A DNA stretch of 64,000 nt. Source: the human T2T-CHM13v2.0 reference genome, Homo sapiens. The notes under the pieces were generated by a model. It worked only from the letters and a program-made list of their open reading frames with translations. It made no database searches and had not been told where the DNA came from. Where the stretch lies: NCBI RefSeq assembly GCF_009914755.1, contig NC_060928.1; one strand, 5' to 3'. Each line of letters begins with the position of its first letter. The stretch's first letter is position 1. The translations under genes and the position numbers were made by a program. Shown here piece after piece: positions 39,965-54,770 of this stretch.

Positions 39965-42260
39965 ATGTCATCCATTCAGTTGAATCATTAATTCACTAAT
40001 GCAGCAAGTGTTTACCAAAATCTCTTTAATTATTTTGTTTGTTTGTTTTTGAGATAAGGTCTGGCTCTGTTGTCCAGGCTAGAGTTGAGTGGTGAGATCT
40101 TGCCTCACTGCAACCTCTGCATCTGGGCCCAGGCAATCCTCCCACCTTCCGAGTAGCTGGGGCTACAGGCAAATACCACCACATCTGGCTAATTTTTTTG
40201 TAGAGATGGGGTTTGACCATGTTTCCCAGGCCGATCTCAAACTCCTGAACTCAAGCTATCTGTCTCAGGCCTCTCACAGTGCTGGGATTACAGGCCTGAG
40301 CCATGGTGTGCCCAGCTTTTCTTTTCCATTATTTGAAGACAAACTAGTGACGAAAGAGACATAGTCTCTTCTTTCATGGAACTCATTCTACTCAAGTGAA
40401 TGAGATGATTAATCAGGTTATAAACAAATAGCTCTTTTAGGTATTCATGAGTGTTATGAGAGAAATAGCAGAGATACGACTGTTTAGGTTGAATTATTTA
40501 ATTGTAGCTATTTGACAGTTGATGACCCTCAAAAATAGCACTTTCTTATGTTTCAAATTAATGTCTAAATTGAACATAAAGACAGTATTTTCTGATGAGG
40601 TGACATTTGAGCAAGGGCCTATAAAAAGGAAAGTAATCAGCCAAGAAGATATCTACAAGAAGACTGGACCAGGCAGATGGAAAGACAAATGCCAAGACCC
40701 TGAGGGAAGAGCATGCCTTACTTTTTTGAGGTCATAAAGTATGCAATTTTGGTTTGAGATGAGTGATCAAGAGAATGAGATAGCAGCTGAAGTTAGTGAT
40801 AGCTTGGAGATAGCCGAGTAGGACCTTTTCAAATATGGAAAGAAATTTATATTCTATTCTAAGTCAAATGAGTTATTAGTGGGATTTAATCTAACATATA
40901 ATATGTTCAAGAGCTACACTTTTATGAAATTCCTCAGGCTGCTCTGTTGAAAAAGAACTCAGATGTATAAGGAGGGAAAAATGTAGACCAGGCAGAAGCA
41001 TAATACCCCAATTCAGGCATAAAATCGTTGTAGCAAAGACACTGGGATATTAGTATTATTGATGACAAAAAGCCTAGAATCTGAATTCTAAAAGTAGAGA
41101 TGAAAGGATTTATTGAGTCATTAAACATGGAGTATGTGAGAAATAGAGAAGTCAAAGACTGAGCAAATAAGAGAATGCAGATGCCATTATTGAGATGGGG
41201 CGAGATTATAAGAGGAGACTCAAGAATTTGGTTTTAGACATGTCAAATTTGAGGAGTTTAGTAGATCTTCAAGTGGAAGTAGCAAATATTTTGCTCGACA
41301 TGATTCTGCACATGTTGGAAGATGTTGGACTAGGAGCTGAACATTCTTGTCATCTTGATAGTACTATTTAAAACCATAGGGATAAGTGAAATCATCAAAG
41401 AACTGGGTAAGAAAAGACATCCAAATCCTGATAACTGGGATCAGATAAAGAGGAAAAAGATGAGAACATCACATAGACCAGAGTGAGAGTCAGAGGCAGC
41501 AAGGGAAGTGAAGACCTAATTTAGAGAGAAATTTGGAGGCTCTGCTTAAAGGAGAAGGAGGAGCATGTGGGGGAGGAAGAGGAAGCAAGAGAGTAAGAGA
41601 GTAACAGGAGGACAAAGAGGAAAGCATATCAAGAACGCATCAAATATTTCTAACAGGTTAAATCAGATAAAGGCTGATAAATGAATATTGAATTAGTAAA
41701 GTGCAAAGTGGAAGTTATCTGTAAGAAGTTTCTGTAAATGAGAAGGTATGAACACCTTTTAGGAGTGAGTTGCTATGAGAAAGGAAAAAAATTACTTATA
41801 AACAATTACATAGAGAGTGATCTAAAATGGTCTAGGAAAATAATGCTGAGAATGAACTAGTAAGGATCAATAGTTGATATCTATTAGAGAGGCATAACTG
41901 TAGGAGAATTTCTTGAATAAGAAAAAGGCAATGGAATTGAAGGTGGAAGTGTGTGTGTGTGTGTGTGCAGGAGGGTAGAGGGTTAGCCTAAGTTAGAAAC
42001 AGAGTAAAAGGTGAGCAAACAGTGTGAGTATGCATATGATGGTTGGAAGATTTGTTTGGAGATAAAAGTCTATGAATGTTTGCTTTTTTTTTTTTTGACT
42101 AGTCTCTCAGCGTAAGGAGGAGTTAAACCCTGGGCTGAAAATGTAGAAAGAGAAAGTGGTGTTTACATTTTGAGGAAAGACGATAAAGAGTGAGATACTC
42201 CTTTAGTTATTAGGAGTGTGAACTGAGCAAGGCGAAGTAGTAAAATTGAAGGACAGTTTT
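39965..42260 (-). mobile_element. Degenerate LINE-2 fragments
   Basis: cattca-like L2 tail at ~39970; purine-rich motifs gaggtgacatttgagcaa and ttttagacatgtcaaatttgag. Boundaries are approximate. Confidence 0.65.
40032..40316 (-). mobile_element. Alu (AluJ-like)
   Basis: Antisense Alu with (TTTG)n tail. Confidence 0.92.
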
Positions 42261-43329
42261 CGTCAGTGCTCTCTGTAGGACAGAACACTTTCTTCTAAGG
42301 AACGTTCATTCCATCATGAACATACTTAGCACTTTTATAAAGGTTATTTACTACCCTGTCTCTTCTTTTTGACTATAAACTCTTCAAAAAAGTCACTATT
42401 TTATATATTCCTAATATGCACTTTTTTTTTTCATAGAAACTACAGTAAAGAACATTAAACAAGTAAAAAAAGAGATCTGTAGTTAAGTGGCAGGAGCAGA
42501 GACAAGCAAAGACCAGGCCAGAACCATGAATTTTAGCATCGTGAAAATCATAAATACACTGGGAGATAACATCAAATATTGGAGACCGCATGTATCGATA
42601 TTAGGCAGCACAGAGCCAGAGATCCTAGTGCAACTACAATAACCAAAAATGAAAACTCATAAGAATGTACATAGAGAACAACAGGTTTAAAGGGTTCTAA
42701 ATCTGGCTTAGGCTATAAGCAACATAAAAGGACATTATATTGAGTTCATTGTCTTTTAAAGGATTTTCATCTCATTTTTATTTAATGTGAGAATTATTTC
42801 AGAAGTGTGAGTTATCTTAAGGTGGAGGTAAATAAGGTCAACTGCATAAAGACGAGACTTTTGTTTGGTGTTGCCATGTGAAATTGACCACTCGAATAAT
42901 GTTTTCATTGCTATCTAAAGCAAAATGACAGAGCACCCCAAGAAATACTGAAACACTTGCATAATTAATACAAATATCTAAATATAAATGTGATCAGAAT
43001 AAATAAACATACTGCAACCAGCGCAGGCTTAAGGATAGGAAATTAAAAGGATGATAGTGGGAAAATTTGTTGATGAGGATGTGCTGGATCCTGTCTAGGT
43101 GCCTCCTTGGGTTTATTTGGCAATGCTTTTCTGCTAGATGCTATTGATTATCATCTTGGCTACTGATGAAACTTCTTATGTGCTACCTATGGAGCTGTAT
43201 GAACTTCATCAGCAGTACATGGTAGTGGCCTTATAGTTACAGTACTTTCTGGTGGTCCCTTGAAGCACTTGACTCTTTTCCTTCATATCACTGATGGATA
43301 CAACTGGACATCCCTTGGAATGTTCATCC

Positions 43330-43830
43330 TACCCCTCTTGTCTCTGAAGCTGGAGGCCCTAACTTACCCATTCACTGTGTGTATGTTTAAGCAAACTTAT
43401 TGTACACCTGCCCCCCAAGTGGGTGTACAAGACTGAAAGATGAAGAAAGTTGTGAATGTTGCTAACATAAGCCTCAGACACAGCCACTGCTATCTTGGAT
43501 CTGGTTTCCCTGGCAACTGCACAAAATAAGTCAAATGCCTGGAAGTGCCTGGAATGAAACCCTGTGGAGTAAAATGACCAATAGGAGATGGAAGCAAACA
43601 GATAATTATTCTTTCTACTCTGAAAATGCTATTTCATGAAACAGTGTGTTAAACTAGAAGACATCCTGGAAAACACAATAATGAGCTGCATTTAAGATCT
43701 CAGATCAGCATGCATTCTGATCTTTGCTTCGCTCCTTTCTTTGTCTCACCAAGACTGCACCCCACAATAAAGTGTTACTCTATAAATTCTACTTAGACAC
43801 CATTTTCTCTGGAACACAGTCGAAGAAAAT
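43330..43830. mobile_element. Old ERVL-class LTR (LTR16-like)
   Basis: tgaccaataggagatggaagc, caataaagtgtt poly(A) region; family assigned from memory. Confidence 0.45.
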
Positions 43831-44194
43831 GAGATTTCTTTGTACATGCATTTAAATAATTCTTAGGATAAGATATATTTGTTAAAGCCTACCCTGGCTG
43901 TCTGAGAAATAAAAGCAAATCTTGTTGAAGTTTTTCTTTGTTAGACCAAAATAAATCTCTTTTAGTAGTGAGGACTGTTATTAAAGTGTAGAAAGCACTT
44001 CATGGGATAAGTGCATTGACCTAAAAAAGTGGTATTATTCTAATGAGATACATGATTCCTCAAGCAGTCAGAAAAAAAAAAAAAAAAAAGAACTTGGTCT
44101 CCTGATAATTTCTTGGCTATTTCCACGAAATCAGCCTACCAGAGTAAATACCTCAATTTAATTCAGGCAGCATAATCTCATTGCTCCCAGATGA

Positions 44195-45860
44195 TTCTCA
44201 TGCTCATTCATTTATCTATTTACATATACAGCATATATTTTTGAATGACTATTATGTGTAAGGGATTGAACAATTTGCTTGCACAACACCGGTGACCAAA
44301 AGGGATGGCACTCTTGGAGTCAACATTCTTCTGAGTAGTGTTATGCAATAAACACAATTAATAAGCAAATTATATAGTCTTTCACAAGGTAACAAATGCT
44401 TTTGGGAGAAGAGTGAAGGAAAGGGGGTAGATCATGAGTACAAGCAATATTGGAAGCAGGTGGCACTGTTAAGTAGAGTGCTCAGGCTAGACCTTGTGGA
44501 GAGATTATAATTTGGAGAAAGACTTGAAGAAGGTAAGAGAAATAAACATTGGAAGAAAAATTTCTTCAGCTCAAGAAATCAAATCCTGCCAACAACCATG
44601 TGAGTTTGGAAGTGAATCTCTACCCAGTAAAGCCTCAGATGACATACAGGTGTCCTGGCTGACTGACACTGTGATTGTAGCTCAGTGAAACACCAGAAAG
44701 CAGAGGACCCAGTTGGGCCACATCAAGATATCTGACTCACAGAAATTGTGAGATAACGTATGTTGATTGCTGTAAGGCACTACATTTGTAGTGATTTGTT
44801 ACATACCACTAGAAAACTAATACATGGTTTTATGAGAATCTCCTCTGCTTCCTTCAATTGTTTTAGTAAACATAGAGGAGGACATTAGCTGGAAGTAAGT
44901 ATAGGGAGGAAGTATTTGGTGTTTGATGAGAAGAGGAGCTACAAAATAATCATCTAGGTTGTCGGAGAGAGAATGGATGAAGAACATACACTATGGCTGG
45001 GTACAGTAACTGGCACTTGTAATCCCAGCTACTCAGGAGACTGAGGCAGGAGGATCCCTTTAGGCCAGGAGCTTGAGACCACCCTGGGCAACATAGCAAG
45101 ATCCCTGTCTCTAAATAAAATAAAATAAAATAAAATGAAAACAAAAACTGCACACTATGAGTGCCTTGTAGCGTGAAGAGTCCACTGGAGGCTTTTGGCC
45201 ACTGCATTTAATATGAGACCATTCACTTTGGTGACCTATTTCTCTCCAGCCACATTCTCCTGCCACACTCTGGTTTAAGTTTGGAGTGGTGCTGTACTAA
45301 AGACAGTACTCTGGAAAGATAGGAGGTGGTAGCAATGACAAGGTCTAGAATATGATCGTGAGTGTGAGTAGCTGATCTATATGCAAAGCAAAATGAATGG
45401 AAAAGAGTACTTCAAGAGACTGAAACTACGGTTTTGAGGAAAATTGTCTATGTGAATATTGAAGTAGCTCAAAATAAATACAGAAACAATATTGGAAATA
45501 GTGATGATGACTCAGAAAATAAAGAAGTGTATAATGTGAATGGATTTATGGATTTGACGTAGGGGTTGGCAGATGATGGTAATGATGAGATATGGTGAAT
45601 GGGATAATCATATGGTAAGCGATTGAAAGCTAAAGGGGAGTAATGGAGGTGGGAGGAAGAATTATCTGAAAAAGACAATATGGAGCAAATGGGACATATT
45701 TCAACTCTAGGCTCAATGATAGAAAAATTGGGGAAGAAAAGTCAGCCAGCATTTGAGGGCGTTGCAGAGGAAGCATTGCTCTTAAGGAAAATGAAAATGT
45801 TCAATTGAGCTGAAACACAATGGGATGATCCAGAGAAGGTATTGTGGATATAGTGGATGC
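44195..45860 (-). mobile_element. LINE-2 fragments interrupted by an MLT1 LTR piece (~44560-44825) and an Alu monomer
   Basis: cattcatttatctattt..ttgaatgactattatgtg L2 3' end; gccaacaaccatgtgagtttggaagtgaatc..aactaataca MLT1 3' half. Confidence 0.55.
44995..45148 (+). mobile_element. Free left Alu monomer (FLAM-like) with (TAAAA)n tail
   Basis: Single Alu arm, then A-rich tail; acactat on both flanks. Confidence 0.88.
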
Positions 45861-47484
45861 TGCTTCCAATGGACATTGATGTTCAGATATCTCTGTCAAT
45901 ATCCCTCAGCCAAAGATCACTAATACAATTATTTGATACAGTTCCTTAATAATTTCCAACTAGAATATCAGAATAGAGCAAGGTTAAATCTGATTGTTGA
46001 AATAATCAGTCACTCATGTTAGTATAAAACAATATTTAGTCATTTTGATATCTCGAACAATGTTTTTTTTTTTCTGTGTTCAAATATGACATAAAGTGAT
46101 GTTTAGCCTTTGTCTTTATCCTTCTGGTGACAGAGTATCCTTGTTTGGTGGTGGTTTTCTGTGAAATTTTTATGTTCAACAAGAGAAAGTAATGGCTTAA
46201 TTGTGAGTTCTGTGCAGTTTCTTGTTTATCAGGGCTGCATTTCTCTTTCCCAGCAAGGTGAATGGTTTTAGAAGTTGACAAGAAGTATGATAAGCGAGAG
46301 ATTATGATTGGCAAGAAGTGTGATAAGGGAGAGAGTTATATATGTATCATTTTTACCGCGATTAGAGTGTAAGGTAAGAGGGCTAACACAAGAATCTAAG
46401 GCTTCTTGTGGCAACTAATGTGAATAGGAATGGTGAAGGGGCATGATTACACGTGGTATGGTACATTAATTCATTCAATAGAATGTTATGAAATTGTTGA
46501 TTATGATAATAATAAACATAATAATCATGATTTTAGAAGCTGTTATTTATTTAGTGCTTGTTGTCAGATAGTTTACCAACTATATTATATATAATTTAAT
46601 ATTTACTTAATGATCACAAATGAGTATGAAGTAAATATTGTTATTTTAATTTTTTTAGGAGAAAGTTAAGGCTTGAAAGTTATGAGACAAAGAGCAATAT
46701 CCTTAATACGGAATTCAAAACTTTCAGTCACTGTTATACTGCCAGCTCTACTGATGATATGTTCAATAAAAAAGTAGAATAGAAAACTGCAGTTATGCTG
46801 CTGAGGTTGTGACAAAACAAAACTCTTACTTACATCTGTAAATAAACTGAAAGAAAACAGACAAAAATAGCAAAATGTTTGATAGGGCAGAATAACAAGG
46901 GAAGATTTCTTTTAATTTTGCTTCTAATGTTAATTTAATAATTGTACAATTAATAATAACAGGTTTACCTGCTATTGTTTACCAGAATGAAGGTTATTTT
47001 AAATAAAAATCTTCAACTGAATTTGCTAAGATTCTGATTGATCATAATATTTTGGGCTAAATATACTTTTTATAATTACATTCAAAGCTTCAAAGACCCT
47101 TCTCTAAATTCTCTTGGCTACTGTGAATCTTTTCAGGTTAAATGAGGGAAGTAATTTTTCAAATGATTTATTTAAATTCTTAACTATTTATATTAAAAAA
47201 TTAAATGATGTAATTTATTTCCTTGCTTATCAAAGAACTTAATTTGAAGATTATGCATAGCATATATATTTTAAATTATTGCAATTTATTACTTATTAAA
47301 GATTTGAAAGCTAGTTGTGTTTTTAATCATCCTTTTTTTCTCAAGTATATTTTTTTGGTCTTAGATAACTGACAGTCACACATCTACACACCAAAATTCA
47401 AGTGCAAAGGACAATTATTTTAATTGAGAATCATTATTGAACATTATATCACAATTAAAATATATTTTAAGAAAAACACATAAA

Positions 47485-49866
47485 AAATCTCTGCTCATTC
47501 CTATGTCAAGGACGGTATTGCCTAGGTTGTCTTCCAGGGTTTATATAGTGTTGAGTTTTACATTTAAGTTGTTAATCTATATTGATTTGATTTTTGTATA
47601 TGGTGTAAGGAAGGGGTCCAGCTTCCGTCTTCTACATATGGCTAGCCAATTATCCCGCCACCATTTATTGAATAGGGGTTGTTTTCTCCATTGCTTGTTT
47701 TTGTCAGCTTTGTCAAAGATCAGCTAGTTGTAGGTGCATGCCCTTATTTATAGGCTATCTATTCTGTTCCGCTGGTGTATGTGCCTATTTTTGTACCACT
47801 ATCATGCTCTTTTGGTTACTGTATCCCCTGTAGTATAGTTGAAAGTTGGGTAATGTGATGTCTCCAGCTTTGTTATTTTCACTGAGGGTTGCCTTGTCTA
47901 TTATGGCAATTTTTGGGTTTCGTATGAATTTTAAAATAGTTTTGCCCAGTTCTGTGAATAATGTCATTGGTAGCTTGATAGGAATAGTATTGAATCTGTA
48001 AATTGCTTTGGGTAGTATCACCATTTTAATGCTATTGATTCTTCCTATCCATGAGCATGGGATGTTTTTCCATTTGTTTGTGTCTTCTCTGATTTCTTTG
48101 AGCAGTGTTTCTTAATACGATCATAGAGATTTTTCACCTTCCTGATTAGCTGTATTCCTAGATATTTTATTCTTTTTGTGGCAATTGTGAATGGGTTTGC
48201 CTTCCTGATTTGTCTCTCTTAGCTTAGCTATTGGTGTGTAGGAAATGCTAGTGATTTTCATACTTTGATTTTGTATCCTGAAACTTTGCCACAGTTACCA
48301 GCTGAAGGAGCTTCTGGGCCTAGAGAATAGGATTTTCTAGATCTAGAATCATGTTGTTTGCTAACAGCGATAATTTGACTTCCTCTCTTCCTGCTTGAAT
48401 GTCCTTTATTTCTTTCTCTTGCCTGATTTCTCTGGCGAGAACTTCCAATACTATATTGAATAAGAATGGTGAGAGATGGCATCCTTGTCTTGTACCAATT
48501 GTCAAAGTGAGTGCATCCAGTGATTGCCCATTCAGCATGATGTTGGCTGTGGATTTATCATAGATGGCTCTTATTATTATCAAGCATGTTCCTTCAATAC
48601 CTAGTTTATTTAGACTTTTTAACATGAAGGGATATGGAATTTTTTGGAAAGCCTGCATCTATCTATTGACATAATCATATGGTTTGTGTCTTTAGGTCTG
48701 TTTTTTGCGATTTCATGACAAAGACACCAAAACCAATCACAACAAAAGAAAAAATTGACCAATAGGATCTAATGAAAGTTAAGAGCTTCTGCACAGAAAA
48801 AGAAACTATCAATAAACAGAGACTACAAAATAGGAGAAAATCTTTGCACACTGTGCATCTGACAAAGGTGTAATATTTAGCATCTATAAGGAACTTAAAC
48901 AAATTTACAGGAGAAAAACTACTCCATTAAAAACTGCGTAAGGAAATGAACAGACAGTTTCCAAAAGAATACGTATATGCAGCCAACAAGCATATATATA
49001 TACACATATATACATATATATACATATATACATATATATATGTATATATATATGTGTGTGTGTGTTTGTGTATCCATGATCATTAGAGAAATGCAAATCA
49101 AAATCCCAGTTGAGATACTATCTCACACTGGTAAGAATGGCTATTTTTAAAAAGTCAATAACAGGTGCTGGCCAGGTTGCAGAAAAGTGGAAACACACAC
49201 TGTTGGCAGTGTAAATTAGTTTAACCACTGTGGAAAGCAATATGGCAATTCCTGGAACAGCTAAAAATGGAACTACCACTCAACCTCATTGTAATGAGGT
49301 AATGAGGTAATGATTAATTGCTGTCTCATTACTGGGAATATCCTCAGAGGAATATAAATAATTTTACCATAAAGACACATGCACATGAATGTTCATTGTA
49401 GCACTATAAAACTGTATCTGTTTTACAATAGTAAAAACAGAGATTCAACCTAAAAGCCCATTGGTGACAGATTGAATAAAGAAAATATGGTACCTATACA
49501 CCGTGGAATATTACGCAGCCATAAAAAATGAGATCATGTCTTTTGCAGGAGCATGAATGGAGCTGGTGTCTATTATGCTTAGCAAACTAACACAGGAACA
49601 TAAAACCAAATACTACATGTTCTCAGTTGTAAGTGGGAGCTAAATGATGAGAACTCAGAAACACAAAGAAGGGAACAGCAGACACTGAGTTCTACTTGAG
49701 AGTGGAGGTTGAGAGGATAGGAGCGGAAAAAAATAACTACTGGGTACTGAGCTTAATACCTGGGAGATGAAATAATCTGTACAACAAAACCCTGTGGCAT
49801 GAGTTTGTCTATATAACAAACCTTCCCATGTCCCCTGAACCTTTTTTTTTTAATAAAAGTTAAAAA
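47485..49866 (+). mobile_element. 5'-inverted (twin-primed) LINE-1, old L1PA type: inverted ORF2 segment 47485-48708 plus sense 3' segment 48709-49866
   Basis: Minus-strand ORF2 peptides ([30 protein letters not shown]; [17 protein letters not shown]), then plus-strand 3' end with A tail. Degenerate TSD aagaaaaacacata / aagataacacacata. Confidence 0.92.
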
Positions 49867-49894
49867 AAGATAACACACATACCAAGTAGGCATA

Positions 49895-50215
49895 TTTATT
49901 TTTTTTTTAATTTTTAACTATTACGCATACATAATAGTTGTGGTATTTGTAGGGTGTGTGATATTTTGATACAAACAAGAAATGTTTAATGATTACATCA
50001 GGGTAATTGGGATACTCATCACTTCAAGCATTTTTCCTTATGTTTTGTGTTAGGAACATTCAATTTCCCACTTTCAGTTTTTTGAAATATACAATAAATT
50101 CTTAATTATAATCACCCTATTGTTCTACTGAGAACTAGATCTAGATCTTATTTCCTTTATCTAACTATATTTTTGTACTCTTTGGCCATTATCTCCGTAT
50201 CCCACCTTCCCCACA
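49895..50215 (-). mobile_element. L1MA-like 3' end
   Basis: T-rich head followed by tacataatagttg..gatattttgatac..catcagggtaattggg..tcaccctattg. Confidence 0.75.
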
Positions 50216-50567
50216 TAGACATATTTATATACAATTTATTTATGGATACCATAATAATCGAGCCTTTATAACAATATGCCTTAAAATATCAAAATCATAT
50301 ATTATGTATTAATTACATTTTATTGGAAATGTAGAAGATAGAGGAGCAAGTTATTGTGGTAATCCTATGTGATAAATAACCTGGTTTTCTTTACCAAACA
50401 ACTTAGAAGAACAAAAGAAAAACATGAAGAATACAGGGGAAAACTGTACATTAAAACTGCCTATAGAAACTTATCAACAAAGAGCAATGTATAAATATTA
50501 TTTTAACCCTAATTAAAGTAAAATAAAATCATAAACACTGAAGCAAGATAATATTTAAAATTTATAA

Positions 50568-50894
<327 letters not shown>

Positions 50895-52405
50895 AATAAA
50901 TTTTATAATGTTCAGTAATTATTTTTAATTGTGACCCTAATGTTTATTGTGGTATTTTAAGTTCTTAACTTATAGAGATTCTCACTGAGATATTACAAAT
51001 AAAATGAAATGATTGAAGGATGTAGTGGTTGTGGATATAAATGAAACTACATTGATTGCAACTTAATAATTATTAGAGGTGGATAATAAGTACCTGGGAG
51101 CTTATTATACTATTCTATCTACTTTTATGTATGCTTGAAATTTACTATCCTCAAAAATAAGAAAAACACTAGACTAAGTAATTATATATAAACAACCAAT
51201 AACAGAAACATGGATGCCCATGAATCAGAAGAATCCTTTCCAAAACAATAGTTTACAAGTATTTGATTTTTTAAATCAACTATATGGCTTATAATGGGTT
51301 GAGAAAATTTATTAATTTATTGTATTTGTTTACATTTCAGTATCCGGTCCAAAATCTCTTCATTTATAATTAGTTCATAAATGCATATGAACCATAATTA
51401 CATAATTACTCTGCAGTAGAAGATGACAAACATTTTAATATCAGAATATTCCAAAGAAAGCGATATGGGATTAGAAATCTCTTACTAAGCAGCTACTTTA
51501 AGAAAAATTGTTGCGGATTATGTATCTTTTACCCCCATTAACTAGCATACTCAGTCACTTAACCTGGATATTTGTGGAAGCTCAGTCCATGTGTGTAAAT
51601 AGATTGGTGCTTTGGATAACTACATAGTAGGATAGATGGGTAGATTATGTAATGGACAGAAAAATGAAATAATAAACCAAGAGAATGTAGGCAAAGGAAT
51701 TCAAAGTTGATAGATATATAAAAATCACCTCATGTGAGTACTATATTTAATTGGCATGTGTATTCTGGAAAATCAAAAACTAAAAAGATATATTTTAATT
51801 TTCTTTATATGTTTGAAGCTTTCTGTTTCAGATTTGTGAGCAGACACTTTTTTCTTCAGATAGCATCTGGAAGCTTCTTGTATGAGATTTATAGAAGCAT
51901 AGTTTATTTAACATAAGGAGAAATTCATATTTAGAGATGTCTACTAATGAATGTGCTGCTTCTGAACTAGTATGTTATGATACAGATACACTCAATTATT
52001 AAAAATAAATTAATGCTGCTAAAAAGTGCTAGAGAGATAAGTTATGTAGTTCCATTATTAATGCTAATAATGATAGTCTAGACTGTGTTCAACTCTATGA
52101 TCCTCTATTTTAAATTATTACACAGAAAATTTTGAAGCATAAGTATGTATTTCTTTATTCAATAAATGATTTAATGTTTCTTAATCTTGGATTTGAGTAC
52201 TGCTAATTATAAAGCTTGTCCTGGAAAATCAATGACCAAAAAATATAGTAGGAATGGTAGGACATTTAAAAGTTAATTGCCTTTCAAATGTCAATAAGAA
52301 ATAGAAATGTTTGGAACTTGAAATATAAGTTTCCATTGCATGAAGTCCAGGTTGCTAAATTCATACCAGACTTATCAGACTGAATAATTTGGATCACACA
52401 TATAT

Positions 52406-52407
<2 letters not shown>

Positions 52408-52451
<44 letters not shown>
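52408..52451. repeat. (CA)n microsatellite
   Basis: About 21 CA units. Confidence 0.98.
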
Positions 52452-52454
<3 letters not shown>

Positions 52455-52479
52455 TGCTTTTAATTATTTGCTTTAATTG

Positions 52480-52950
52480 TATTTTTTATTTGAACAGATA
52501 TTAGTATATAATTCTTGTATCATAAAATTTCCCCATTTAGAGTATAATTAAATGGTTTTTAATCTAGTTACAGAGTTATACTTTATCACTACTGTCAATT
52601 TTGGAAGAGTTTAATCACCTCAGAAAGAAACTCCACACCCAACAGCAGTCACTCCACCTAACTTCCAATGCCCCAAAGCCCTAGGCACCACTAATTTACT
52701 CCCTGTTGAGACAGCCAAGTGGGAAGGGGTCTGTGTACATTTTCTTCACTTGGGCATTTTGTATAAGTGGAATTATACAATATGTAGTCTTTTGATAATG
52801 ATTTATTTCACTTAGTATAAGGTTTTCAAGGTTCATGCATGTTGCAGCATTTATTGAATAGAAGTGACATATTACATTTACTCATTTATCAACTGATGAA
52901 GATTTTGGCTGTTTTCATTTTTGCTATGAATAATGATACTATGAACCTTA
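52480..52950 (-). mobile_element. L1MB-like 3' end
   Basis: atcacctcagaaagaaactcc..caacagcagtcactcc..gtggaattatacaatatgtagtctttt..ttcaaggttcatgcatgttgcagcat. Confidence 0.75.
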
Positions 52951-52959
52951 ATATACCAG

Positions 52960-54770
52960 TAATAACATCATCATCTTTAAAATCTGAATTTCAAACATTG
53001 CACTCTCTGGTCACCCTCTTCTAACTCACTTGATCTATTATCGTCTCCCATGTCAAAATTTGTCAACACATCAAGAAATCTAGTTCATTTCCTCTTCACT
53101 TTTTCCCCATTGCTCCCCTGGTAATTTATCTCCCACGGAGCTGAGATTACATTGTTCATCATTACAATAACACTCTCAAATACAATGCAACACATCAACC
53201 TCTGTCCCTGCTCTACCTCCACACTACTCACATAAACTCCCTGTGTATCACTTCACGTGTTTGGAGAAAAATATGCTACTAGCTTACAGGGTGGGAGCCA
53301 TCGTCAAGAATCTCACTATTATTTCCCAGTTAAATTTGTTAAACCTCACTCTCTGAAGTGAGAATTTTACATCTCACCTGAAAAATCTCTTTCTTCTTGT
53401 TAATCTTGCTTATTGTTTAATTCAGAAGTAAAGCATTTGAACAAGAACTACATAATCTATCCATCACCTAACATATCATCTCTTCTTCTTCACAAGTACT
53501 CATATACTCTGGCGTCTTTTCTTTGCTAAGAGTGAACTATCCCTCTTGCTGAGACAATCTCCACACTTCTGTAATATTTCTGTAATATATCCTGTCAGTT
53601 TTCTATGATGCAAATAATGCAAATAAAGCTGCTGCTGTTTATAAAGTAGCATGTTCACTCAAAAATAAACATGCTACAGTATCCTCAGTGAAATAAACAA
53701 ATGCATGCATACCTACATAAAATGTCACTGGAACAATCTTATTTCCCACCAGCTAACACACTAATTTTTTGTTCTTCACAGAAATGTCATAAAGTCAAAT
53801 GAGTTTGTCATTATTAGCTTTCTCATCTTTTTCCACTAAATCATCTCTATAATCCATTGCAATTAGAGTAGGTCCCCTTCTTTCAAGTTATAAAAACACT
53901 TCTTTTGGGGTTACTTCATCCAATAATGGTAAAATGTTCATTTCACTCAGTCTTTCAGAAGCATTATTGGAATTCTGTCTTCCCTTGGTTTCTGGATTAT
54001 CATATTTTCTTGGCTTTCCTCCCACTGCTGCTTTCTCTTTCAGATGCTATTCTTTATTGCTTTCTCTTTCCCCAGAGACCTATAAATTATTGGTGTGCCC
54101 TAGGACATAAACCTCAGATTTTTTTTTTCTTTTTATATCCTCTATCTAAGTCAGTAGTTTTCCAACCAGGGTTACATAATTGTACAACTCAAAGAGCTTT
54201 AAAAATAGAAATAACTGACCCAATCCCCATGTATTCTAATTTAGTTGTTCTGGTAGAACTTGGATATAAATATCCTTTAAAATTATTCAAGTGAATCTAA
54301 TGGAGAGTCAGTGCCAAAAACTTAACTTAGTAACACCTAGTTCCTTTGTTTTAATTTAGTCTGATGACTCAAATTGATCTTTGATTCAGCAAAAATATGT
54401 ATTTTGATCTCCAGATTCATATGCAAAATTACCTATGAGGCTTCTCTAAGTGAATTCCAGATATGCAGATCAAAATTATGTCCATCTCTATTCTCCACTT
54501 ACTCCACTCTAAATATTTCCTATCTGAGTTAAGACACCATTGTTCAGATGCATCCTCAATACCTCTAGATCTTTCATCCATACATGTTTAATTATCCAAT
54601 AAGAACAGAGTACACTGCTTTTAAAACATACTCTGAATACCAGTCATTCTTATTTTTGACACTTCTATTGACCTGCCACTGTCAACTTTCACCTGCATCA
54701 TTACAGAAGCTTCTCAACTGGTGTCCTCATTGCCACTCTTGCTCTTTAGCCTATTTTAATTATTTTTCTT
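52960..54770 (+). mobile_element. Highly degenerate LINE-2 with a MER5-like insert (~54150-54320)
   Basis: Pyrimidine-rich sense-strand L2 motifs (tcttcccttggtttctggattat, ctccagattcatat). Confidence 0.5.

Noticed and set aside
43400-43430. Hairpin TTGTACACC...GGTGTACAA
   Set aside because: A 9-bp stem inside a probable old LTR; too short for a pre-miRNA and plausible by chance.
45990-46330. Possible MER4-group LTR fragment
   Set aside because: Only a vague resemblance; no termini or TSD could be identified.
53905-54294. 129-aa hydrophobic ORF
   Set aside because: Lies in pyrimidine-rich L2/MER5 relic; non-ATG start and no recognisable domain.
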